In this document: positions 56,327-64,000 of the stretch, one piece after another
Numbering within the stretch: the first letter of the stretch is position 1
Layout: each line of letters starts with the position of its first letter
Assembly: GCA_045863235.1 (NCBI GenBank)
Contig: BTUM01000001.1
Span: 288,001 to 352,000, forward strand
DNA from: Candidatus Xenobia bacterium
Lineage (GTDB): Bacteria > Vulcanimicrobiota > Xenobia > Xenobiales > QWHO01
Length of the DNA stretch: 64,000 nucleotides
Direction of reading: 5' to 3'
The notes under the pieces: model-generated
What the model saw: the letters and a program-made list of their open reading frames with translations, nothing else
Told to the model about the DNA's origin: nothing
Databases searched by the model: none
Position numbers and translations under genes: made by a program

Positions 56327-58281
56327 TCGGACCAGGCTCCATACCAGAGAGCGGCCCCATCACTGCGAGCCTGCAGTGGCCCGTCCCTTTCCAGGTCCCA
56401 CGAGCCCTCGGGCAATTCCACCCGTGAGCCCTCCAACTGAAGGCTGGCTTTGCGTCTCCAGCCCCACTGCATTCGACCAGCCTGAATGAGCAGACTGGAA
56501 GGCTCGCTGATCACGCGCATGGGACCGAGCTGGGCCTGCTCACGCTCCAGGCTATCCAGACTGATCTCCAGATCGGCCCGAGCCACCCCCTGATCGCGCA
56601 AAAGCTCGCGCGAGCTACCCTCGAGACGAGCAGTTTCCCTGATCAGCAGGTGCTTTCCGTCCACGGTCAACCAGACCACCGCTCCCTGGGGAAGGTAAGC
56701 GTGACGAATGGTCAGGGTCTTCTCCATCTGACCAACCTGAAAGGTCAGACTCACCAGCGAAACGACCAGACAGACCAGTCCCAGACCACGCCTGGAGGGT
56801 ACCAGCAGCAAACCCAGACCGGCCCCATAGAAGAGCCAGAAGTCCAGTCCGGGCGTGGGAAGCCCAACGGGGGGAAGCACACGGGCCAGAACCTGGGGAA
56901 GGGTGATCAACAAGTCCAACCCGAGCTGGGTGAGGCCGATCAGAGGAGCCGCCAGGCGACTATCCAGACCGATCAACCCTGAAGTGAAGAATCCGAGAGG
57001 CAGGAGGGCTTCAGCCAGGGGTGCCAGCAGCAAGTTGGCCGGCAGAATGGCCGGGGGGAGTTGATGGAAGGAGTGAAGGAGGAGGGGGGTGACCGGGAGA
57101 CAGGCGGCCAGAGTGAGGGAGGAGGCCCGAGAGAGCCAGTTGAGGGCGCGATTTCGGAAGCGAAAAGTGAGGGAGGGCCCGTAGGCAAGCAGGCCCAGAA
57201 CGGCTGCGAAGCTGAGTTGGAATCCCAGGTCGGACCAGACGCCAGGGTCGGCCAGAGTGCAGGCCAGGGTCGTGAGGAGGAAAGTCTGCCAGCCGTCCGA
57301 GCGGCGGCCGAGCGCCTGGGCCAGGAGGGCGAACAGGGCCATGAGGGTCGCTCGCACGATCGAGGGGGAGGCGCCGGCCAGGAGGCAGTAAAAGGTCACC
57401 GCGCAGGCGGCCGGACAGGCAAGCCGGTAGGAGCTGTAGCCGAGCCTTCGGCCGGGCCAGAAAATGAGGGAGGTCACGATGGCCACATTCAGACCCGAGG
57501 CGGCCAGAAGATGGCTCAGACCGACGGCCCGAAAGTCCTGCTCGACCTCAGCTGGCAGCTCGCCGGTCTCACCCAGCAGAATGCCTGCCAACAAGCCCCG
57601 CTGGGCCTGAGAATAGTGTGGTCGGAGGCTCTGCAGCAGGTCGAGCCGCAGGCGGCAGGCGATCTGCCAGGGGCTCCAGCCTGCGGGCGGTCCGAGCCGA
57701 TCGCAATCAGCCGGAGCAAGCCTGAGCTGATGGTGGATCCCTCTGTGCGCCGCCCAGACCCGGGCATCGAAGCTCCCGGGATAGGCTGGCCCGGCCAGTG
57801 GACGCAGACGACCCGTCAGGCGCCAACTCTCGCCGGGCGCCACCTCGGGCAGGAACTCCGCGGGCCCCCGCACCTCAACCAGGACACGGAACGGGCCCAG
57901 TCGCGGCCGACCTTCCACCCGCTCGACCTGAAAGGGAAAGCGAACCTTGCCCCCCTGGCAGCGTGCCGGTTCCAGCACCTGGCCGCTGCAGTCGAGCTCA
58001 TGGCCGTCGTAACCCGCGGCCGGGTCGTGGGCCCGGGCTCGCGCCGCCATGCTCTCGCGGGCGTAGCCCAGAGCGGTGAAAGCGACCACCAGCAGCAAGG
58101 TCGCTGCCTGGCGCCGAAACCAGGCTTGATCGGGTCCGGCCGCTAGCGCCGCCAGGCAACCCGCTCCGGCCACCAGTCCGGTAACAAGGGCCAGTGCCCC
58201 CGGCCCCTTCTCGACCAGCATGACCCCGGCAATGGCTCCCAGGCAAGCCCATAAAACCTGGCGTTGAGTCAGCTCCTGCAC
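56323..58281 (-). CDS. comEC: ComEC/Rec2 competence protein
   Basis: OB-like domain, GLSHLLAASGLNV, SIVRA and GFQLSFAA; no HxHxDH domain. Confidence 0.88.
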   Translation of the reverse strand: MQELTQRQVLWACLGAIAGVMLVEKGPGALALVTGLVAGAGCLAALAAGPDQAWFRRQAATLLLVVAFTALGYARESMAARARAHDPAAGYDGHELDCSGQVLEPARCQGGKVRFPFQVERVEGRPRLGPFRVLVEVRGPAEFLPEVAPGESWRLTGRLRPLAGPAYPGSFDARVWAAHRGIHHQLRLAPADCDRLGPPAGWSPWQIACRLRLDLLQSLRPHYSQAQRGLLAGILLGETGELPAEVEQDFRAVGLSHLLAASGLNVAIVTSLIFWPGRRLGYSSYRLACPAACAVTFYCLLAGASPSIVRATLMALFALLAQALGRRSDGWQTFLLTTLACTLADPGVWSDLGFQLSFAAVLGLLAYGPSLTFRFRNRALNWLSRASSLTLAACLPVTPLLLHSFHQLPPAILPANLLLAPLAEALLPLGFFTSGLIGLDSRLAAPLIGLTQLGLDLLITLPQVLARVLPPVGLPTPGLDFWLFYGAGLGLLLVPSRRGLGLVCLVVSLVSLTFQVGQMEKTLTIRHAYLPQGAVVWLTVDGKHLLIRETARLEGSSRELLRDQGVARADLEISLDSLEREQAQLGPMRVISEPSSLLIQAGRMQWGWRRKASLQLEGSRVELPEGSWDLERDGPLQARSDGAALWYGAWSD

Positions 58282-58493
58282 ATCTTCATGGTGAGGCGCG
58301 GTTGTTACCCGGAGACTGCCGACCTCTTGCCGTACTGTTGCGAACTTGTAACCAGAAGTTGAACGAGCGTGCCTTTCGATGCGCCCTGGTCACCGGGCTC
58401 ATGAAATCGGCGGGTTCCCAGAACCCCCAGACATGGCCCATGGACCCCTGGCTCGAAAGATCCCGGGGCTGATTACAACCAGGCCCTGCCAGA

Positions 58494-59411
58494 TCAACCT
58501 GGCTGGAGCAACACCTTCAAAACGCCCGGAGCGGCAGCCCGCTCGAAGGCTTCCAGGCCCTCTTGAAGAGCAAAGGTATGCTCAACCAGGGGATCGACCA
58601 GAACCCGCCCGGTGGCCAGCGCTTCGATGGCCGGGGGAAAGGGACCACAGCGAGAGCCCTGCAGCCTGATCTCCTTGACCATCAAACGAGAGGCCTGCAG
58701 GGGCGAAGGCTCGAGCCAACTCGATTTGAGAACGACGGTACCCAGCGGGCGCACGAGTTCGAGGGCAAGGTCTAGCAATGCCGGAGCGCCACTACACTCC
58801 ACGACCAGGTCAAAGCTCTCCGCGTCGAGCTCCTGGCGGCTGCCCACCCACCGCAAACCCAGTCTCTTCAGCAGGGCTTGCTTGGAGGGGCGCCGGCTGA
58901 GGACAGTGACCTCGGGGAGGAGCTGAGCCACCAGCAGCCCGAGCTTGCCATCTCCCAGCACCAGGGAACGCCCTGCAGTCTCAACCTGCTCAAGGATCCG
59001 AAAGGCCGCCGCCAGCGGTTCGACAAACACGGCCTGCACATCGCTCACACCGGCAGGCAGATGGTGCAGATTCTCGCGTGGAACGGCTATCCTCTGAGAG
59101 AATGCCCCGTGCTTGCCTCGGATGCCCAGCACCCTGCGCTCGGAGCAGTGGTTCCCCAGGCCCGACCGGCACCGGGCACAGACCCTGCAGGGACAGTTGA
59201 TCTCGGCCACCACCCGCCGACCCTCAACCAGGCCGACGAACTCGTGGCCCGGGATGCCCCGGAATCCTGCATAACCAGCAAGCAGCTGCAGATCGGTGCC
59301 GCAGATTCCGGCCAGGAGTACATCCACCACGACCTCACCCTCACCGGGAATCGGGTCCGGGCAATCAGGCCGGAACGCGAGCGTCCCGTTCTCGAGCCAC
59401 AGCGCCCGCAG
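58494..59411 (-). CDS. Zn-dependent medium-chain alcohol dehydrogenase
   Basis: GICGTD, GHEFVG, CxxCxxC...C and GDGKLG motifs. The N-terminus (M)RALWLE begins at CTG 59411. Confidence 0.92.
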   Translation of the reverse strand: MRALWLENGTLAFRPDCPDPIPGEGEVVVDVLLAGICGTDLQLLAGYAGFRGIPGHEFVGLVEGRRVVAEINCPCRVCARCRSGLGNHCSERRVLGIRGKHGAFSQRIAVPRENLHHLPAGVSDVQAVFVEPLAAAFRILEQVETAGRSLVLGDGKLGLLVAQLLPEVTVLSRRPSKQALLKRLGLRWVGSRQELDAESFDLVVECSGAPALLDLALELVRPLGTVVLKSSWLEPSPLQASRLMVKEIRLQGSRCGPFPPAIEALATGRVLVDPLVEHTFALQEGLEAFERAAAPGVLKVLLQPG

Positions 59412-60110
59412 CTACAGACTCCGCTGCCAGAGAGCAAGCATCTGGCCGGCAGCCAGGGTGAATGCCAGAACCCCGACCAGCCAGACCAGCCAGCCTGACG
59501 AGGCGGCCTTGGAGGCGGGTCGTTCGGCGGAATAAGTCACCTCCGGGGCAGGTCGAGGATTCTCCTCCATCAGCTGCAGACGCTGAAAGAGCTGCTGATT
59601 GAAGCGCTCGAACCCCTGAGCCATCCCCTCCCAACGCCCGGCCTGAGTGCGAGCTGCGATCAGCTCTTGAGTGCGCTCCTCACAACGGTCGCGTTCCTTC
59701 TGTAGTTCCTCGCGCAGGCGGTCGAGCTCGACCCGAATGTACTCACTGAGCTCGGGTACGCTGGCCGGACCTTCCTCACTGGGGGAGGCGGGAGGGAGTG
59801 GGGGCTCCAGGTCGGCCCCGCCGGCAGCGCAGGCGACCCGCAGGGAACGGGGCTCCACCAGGTAGACGAAACCGGTGCGAGTGCGCACTTTCCGACTCTC
59901 GACCTTTCTCGCTTTGACCAGCCTTCGAATGGTTTGCTCGCTCTTGTCCACCGCCAGGGCGGCCTCTCGCAGAGTCAGATAACCGCCGGTGTCCAGCATG
60001 GTCTGCCCGGTCGGATCGAGCTCGACCGGGGTAACCAGACTATCCACAGCATCGTGCTCCCCGGAGTCTGTTTCATTGACTTCACTGATTTCGGTCATCG
60101 TGGCGACCAT
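59412..60110 (-). CDS. HTH (excisionase/MerR-like) protein with coiled coil and C-terminal TM
   Basis: YLTLREAALAVDKSEQTIRRLVK HTH, heptad region, hydrophobic C-terminus. GGAGG RBS before ATG 60110. Confidence 0.75.
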   Translation of the reverse strand: MVATMTEISEVNETDSGEHDAVDSLVTPVELDPTGQTMLDTGGYLTLREAALAVDKSEQTIRRLVKARKVESRKVRTRTGFVYLVEPRSLRVACAAGGADLEPPLPPASPSEEGPASVPELSEYIRVELDRLREELQKERDRCEERTQELIAARTQAGRWEGMAQGFERFNQQLFQRLQLMEENPRPAPEVTYSAERPASKAASSGWLVWLVGVLAFTLAAGQMLALWQRSL

Positions 60111-60250
60111 CGCGCTTCGCCTCCTAAGAAAACTACTCAAGCTAGTCTTAGCTCAAGAGCAAGAATTTCCTTCAAGGACCCGAGCTGAAAAGCGAACCGC
60201 CTTTCCTGGCTTATCACAGAAAGGAAAACCGCCAGAAAGCAAGAAATCAA

Positions 60251-60276
60251 GACTTTGTGAGAAACTTCACAAAGTC
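60251..60276. promoter_or_regulatory. Crp/Fnr-type operator
   Basis: GACTTTGTGA-GAAACT-TCACAAAGTC: a 10-bp perfect inverted repeat containing TGTGA-N6-TCACA. Confidence 0.8.
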
Positions 60277-60330
60277 GTCCCCAGGCCGATTTGAAGCCTG
60301 TTTCAGCGTCTGGACAGCGAGTTTTCCTTG

Positions 60331-61629
60331 ATGCCCGCAGTGCGAACTCGATCCCATGAGTTGGCCCAGGAGGCCTGCAAGCACATGCCGGGCGGTGTCA
60401 ACAGCCCGGTACGCGCCTTTCGGGCCGTAGGCGGCGAACCGATCCTCTTCTCCTCAGCCCAGGGATGCCGATTGACTGATGTCGACGGCAATGAGTACAT
60501 CGACCTGGTGGGCTCATGGGGGCCCATGATCTTGGGCCACGCCTACCCCAAAGTCATCCAGGCCGTACAGGAAGCCGCCTCGCGGGGACTTTCGTTCGGA
60601 GCCACCACCGAGGCAGAGATCCGTCTGGCCGAGAAGGTCAAACAGCTCGTCCCCTCCATCGAGCTCTTTCGACTGGTCAACTCCGGCACCGAAGCCTGCA
60701 TGAGCGCCCTTCGGGTGGCTCGCGGATTCACCGGTCGCGATCGCATCGTCAAGTTCGCCGGCTGCTATCACGGACACAGCGATTCTCTCCTGGTGAAAGC
60801 CGGCTCTGGTGCCCTCACGCTGGGCATCCCCGACAGCGGGGGAGTTCCGGCCGACATCGCGCGCAACACCCTGACTCTGCGCTACAACGACCTTGACGCC
60901 GTCCGCACCCTGTTTGCAGCCGAGGGGGACAACATCGCTGCCGTCATCCTCGAGCCGGTCGCAGGCAACATGGGTGTGGTTCCACCCGCTCCGGGCTTCT
61001 TGCAGCTCCTGCGCGAGAAGACCCACCGGTGCGGAGCCTTGTTGGTCTTCGACGAGGTGATGACCGGTTTTCGACTGGCCCCGGGTGGGGCCCAGGAGCA
61101 TTACGAAATCACTCCCGACCTGACCTGTCTGGGCAAAATCCTGGGTGGAGGGCTCCCGCTGGCTGGCTACGGCGGACGCCGCGACATCATGGAGGTGGTG
61201 GCCCCGTTGGGTCCCGTCTACCAGGCCGGCACCCTGTCAGGAAACCCCGTGGCCGTAGCGGCCGGACTTGCCATGCTGCAGAAACTGAGCAACTCGCCCG
61301 GCCTGCACGATAGCCTGGACAACAAAGGGCGTCTGCTGGAGGAGGGCCTTCAGAGCGCCATCGCTCAACACCAGGTCCCCGCCCGGGTGCAGCGCGTGGG
61401 CTCCATGCTGACGCTATTTTTTACAACCACGCCGGTGACCAACTTCGATACCGCCCAGACCAGCAGCACCGACCTCTTCGCCGCTTTCTTCCAGGGAATG
61501 CTGGCGCAGGGAATCTATCTACCGCCCTCGCAGTTTGAAGCGGCCTTTTTGTCCACCGCCCACACCCGCGAGGATATCGATCTGATCGTGGAAGCCGCCG
61601 CGCGCGTCCTGGCCGGCCTGAAGGCCTGA
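60331..61629 (+). CDS. hemL: Glutamate-1-semialdehyde 2,1-aminomutase
   Basis: PGGVNSPVRAF, NSGTEA, YHGHSD, FDEVMTGFR, GKILGGG and YQAGTLSGNP motifs. Confidence 0.98.
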   Translation: MPAVRTRSHELAQEACKHMPGGVNSPVRAFRAVGGEPILFSSAQGCRLTDVDGNEYIDLVGSWGPMILGHAYPKVIQAVQEAASRGLSFGATTEAEIRLAEKVKQLVPSIELFRLVNSGTEACMSALRVARGFTGRDRIVKFAGCYHGHSDSLLVKAGSGALTLGIPDSGGVPADIARNTLTLRYNDLDAVRTLFAAEGDNIAAVILEPVAGNMGVVPPAPGFLQLLREKTHRCGALLVFDEVMTGFRLAPGGAQEHYEITPDLTCLGKILGGGLPLAGYGGRRDIMEVVAPLGPVYQAGTLSGNPVAVAAGLAMLQKLSNSPGLHDSLDNKGRLLEEGLQSAIAQHQVPARVQRVGSMLTLFFTTTPVTNFDTAQTSSTDLFAAFFQGMLAQGIYLPPSQFEAAFLSTAHTREDIDLIVEAAARVLAGLKA

Positions 61630-61642
61630 GGAAGGAGCCATC

Positions 61643-62614
61643 GTGGTCATCGCGCCCCTGAAAGAACTCGAGGAGGATCTCCAGCGCGTCGAAGGCGTCG
61701 TGCTCGAGCTGCTGCAACGCCGCGGGGGCGCCGTTCGGCTACCGGCCGAGCTGATGTTCAAGAGCGGTGGCAAACGCCTGCGACCTGCTCTGGTGCTGCT
61801 CAGCTCGCGCATTCTGGGCCAGCGTCCCGATTCGGCCGTCAAGATCGGGGCCGCGGTGGAAATGGTTCACGGCGCGTCCCTACTTCATGACGACGTCATC
61901 GACGGCACCTTCATGCGCCGCGGTCAAGCAACCTTGAACGCCCTGGAGGGGAACCGCTTCACGGTGCTTCTGGGCGACTTCCTGCTCTGTGAATCGCTAC
62001 TGGCCGTATCCGACCTCAACCAGGTCGTGCTGGTGCAGGTGGTCAGCGAGTCGGTGGCCCTGATGACCCTGGGTCAGCTCCTCGAGCTTGCCCATCAAGG
62101 CGACCCGTTCCTGGCGGAAGCCGACTACCTGCGCATCGTGGAGGGGAAGACGGCTTCCCTGATGTCCTGCGCCTGCAAACTTGGAGCCCTGCTGGGTGGG
62201 GCTGACCCCGATCAGGTGGCCGCCCTGGGCGAGTTTGGACTGAACCTGGGTATCGCGTTCCAAATTGTGGACGATGTGCTCGATTTCTGGGGCGACCCCA
62301 AAGTTCTGGGCAAGCCGGTGGGTTCGGACCTGGGCGAGAAGAAGTTCACGCTTCCGTTTCTTGTTGCCATGCAAAGCAGCGAAGAGCCCGAGCGGGGGCG
62401 CATCGAGGCCCTGGTGACCAACGGCAAGCTCGCCAACGGCAGCGTTCAGGAGGTCGTCAATTGGATGGATTGCCATCAGGCACGCCCGCGCGCCTTGGAG
62501 CTGGCGCGTGGCTATGCTGATCGGGCCAGGCAAGCCCTGGCCCGAATTCCGGCAGGGCCTGCTCGCTTAGCCCTGGAAGAGGTGCTGCACTACGTTCTGG
62601 AGCGGGACCTGTAA
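61643..62614 (+). CDS. Polyprenyl diphosphate synthase
   Basis: GGKRLRP, LHDDVID..RRG, GKTA and FQIVDDVLD motifs. Confidence 0.95.
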   Translation: MVIAPLKELEEDLQRVEGVVLELLQRRGGAVRLPAELMFKSGGKRLRPALVLLSSRILGQRPDSAVKIGAAVEMVHGASLLHDDVIDGTFMRRGQATLNALEGNRFTVLLGDFLLCESLLAVSDLNQVVLVQVVSESVALMTLGQLLELAHQGDPFLAEADYLRIVEGKTASLMSCACKLGALLGGADPDQVAALGEFGLNLGIAFQIVDDVLDFWGDPKVLGKPVGSDLGEKKFTLPFLVAMQSSEEPERGRIEALVTNGKLANGSVQEVVNWMDCHQARPRALELARGYADRARQALARIPAGPARLALEEVLHYVLERDL

Positions 62615-62980
62615 ATGGAATATGCCTATGTAGCGCTTTTCCTGTTGGGCGGGTTGGCCTTCGTTGGGGCCAGCCTGACACTGAACCGCTTCGTGACCTC
62701 TCCCCACCGCCCCAGTGCCTCCAAACTGATCGCTTACGAGTGCGGCGAGCCCCCCATCGGAGAAGCCTGGGTCCAGTACAACGCTCGCTACTACCTGTTC
62801 GCGATGATGTTCGTGCTCTTCGATGTCGAGGCCGCCTTTCTGATCCCGTGGGCGGTCGGCTTCAAGACCATGAGCCTCGACCTGGGCATCTTGCCTCTGC
62901 TCGAGATGCTCGTCTTTCTCGGCTTGCTCGCCCTGGCGCTAATCTACGCCTGGAGAAAGGGGGCTCTGGAATGGGTCTGA
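62615..62980 (+). CDS. nuoA: NADH-quinone oxidoreductase subunit A
   Basis: YECG, FDVE and YAWRKGALEW motifs. Confidence 0.96.
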   Translation: MEYAYVALFLLGGLAFVGASLTLNRFVTSPHRPSASKLIAYECGEPPIGEAWVQYNARYYLFAMMFVLFDVEAAFLIPWAVGFKTMSLDLGILPLLEMLVFLGLLALALIYAWRKGALEWV

Positions 62981-63567
62981 TCGACAAAATCCCGGCCTAC
63001 GTGGAGAAAACACCCGGCGGTGGAGTCTTGATGACTCCCCTCAACTGGGTGGTCAATAATGTCAAAGCCAGCTCTCTTTGGTACATGCTCTTTGGTCTGG
63101 CATGCTGCGCCATCGAGATGATGGCCACGGGCGCCTCGCGCTACGACTTCGACCGCCTGGGCATGATCTTTCGCGCCACTCCGCGCCAGACCGACCTGAT
63201 GATCGTGGCCGGCACGCTCACCCTCAAGATGGCACCGCGTGTCAAGTTGCTCTACGAGCAGATGCCCGATCCCAAGTACGTCATCGCCATGGGTGGCTGC
63301 ACGGTCTACGGAGGGCCCTTCTACCATGACGGTTACTCGGTGCTCAAAGGGGTCGACAAGATCATCCCCGTGGACATCCACGTAGCCGGCTGCCCGCCCC
63401 GTCCCGAGGCCCTCATGCACGGCTGTATCGAGCTGCAAAACCTCATCAAGACCGAGAAGCTCGGTCACAAACGCGACCGTCCCGGCCTTCGCCACCTGGC
63501 CGCGGGCACCGTTCGCCCCTCGGGCCTGGTCGTGCCCGACTCGATGCGTGTCGTCCAGAACGCATGA
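62971..63567 (+). CDS. nuoB: NADH-quinone oxidoreductase subunit B
   Basis: GLACCAIEM, PRQTD, MGGC and GCPPRPE motifs. Confidence 0.97.
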   Translation: MGLIDKIPAYVEKTPGGGVLMTPLNWVVNNVKASSLWYMLFGLACCAIEMMATGASRYDFDRLGMIFRATPRQTDLMIVAGTLTLKMAPRVKLLYEQMPDPKYVIAMGGCTVYGGPFYHDGYSVLKGVDKIIPVDIHVAGCPPRPEALMHGCIELQNLIKTEKLGHKRDRPGLRHLAAGTVRPSGLVVPDSMRVVQNA

Positions 63568-64000
63568 AACGGGCGGATTTCCTCAAGAAACTCCAGGAGC
63601 GCTGGCCCGAGACCGTCCAGGACGAGCTCAACGAGAACGGGCTAGAGGCTCCTGCTCAGGCAATTCCCGAGGCGCTGGCCTGGCTCAAGGACGATCCGGA
63701 AACCCGGATGAACTATCTCGACTTCATCACCGCAGTCGACTACCCACCCGATACCATGCACGTGATCTACTCTCTGTATAGCCTGGATAAGCAACATCGA
63801 GTTCAGCTGAAAGTAAAACTCGATCGCCATCACCCTACTCTCCCGACCGTCTCCCACCTGTGGACCAACGCCGAATGGAACGAGCGTGAAATCTACGACC
63901 TGTTCGGGGTGGTCTTCCCGGGCCTGAACGACCCTCGCCGCATCCTGATGCCGGAAGACTGGGAAGGCCATCCCCTGCGCAAAGACTACCTCCACCCCAA
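63564..64000 (+). CDS. nuoC: NADH-quinone oxidoreductase subunit C (runs off window)
   Basis: Manual translation gives TAVDY and WNEREIYDLFGV.F...RRILMPEDWEGHPLRKDY. Confidence 0.95.
   Translation, partial: MKRADFLKKLQERWPETVQDELNENGLEAPAQAIPEALAWLKDDPETRMNYLDFITAVDYPPDTMHVIYSLYSLDKQHRVQLKVKLDRHHPTLPTVSHLWTNAEWNEREIYDLFGVVFPGLNDPRRILMPEDWEGHPLRKDYLHP

Overview
This is a GC-rich, densely coding bacterial chromosome segment of mostly housekeeping genes. They include trxB, grpE-dnaK-dnaJ-htrA, rarA, a MATE transporter with argF, asnB, rplM-rpsI-nnr, rpoZ, ftsK, lexA, pgpH-ybeY-dgkA, glpD, three tRNAs (Ile2/Glu/Val), a giant GlmS-like gene, ychF, amrS, smc, comEC and hemL-polyprenyl synthase-nuoABC. 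Gene content and protein style suggest a Terrabacteria lineage, possibly Ca. Eremiobacterota/Vulcanimicrobiota, but that is inference only. I found no transposase, integrase, prophage or CRISPR array. The most striking system is a three-gene operon at 28734-33716: a secreted FecR-domain protein followed by two CHASE2 class III nucleotide cyclases. The two catalytic domains carry reciprocal losses. One keeps the transition-state Asn/Arg and the KGK motif but has lost a metal-binding Asp. The other keeps both Asp but has lost Asn/Arg/Lys. This predicts an obligate heterodimeric cyclase like eukaryotic C1/C2, with a guanylate-cyclase-like specificity pocket. Other notable signals are a variant LexA operator (GTGGAC-N4-GTYCAC, twice over the lexA promoter), a perfect TGTGA-N6-TCACA Crp/Fnr site before hemL-nuo, repeated apparent CTG start codons, two structured intergenic RNA candidates, and a catalytically degenerate PilT paralog. 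All calls come from reading motifs by eye; no database searches were run.
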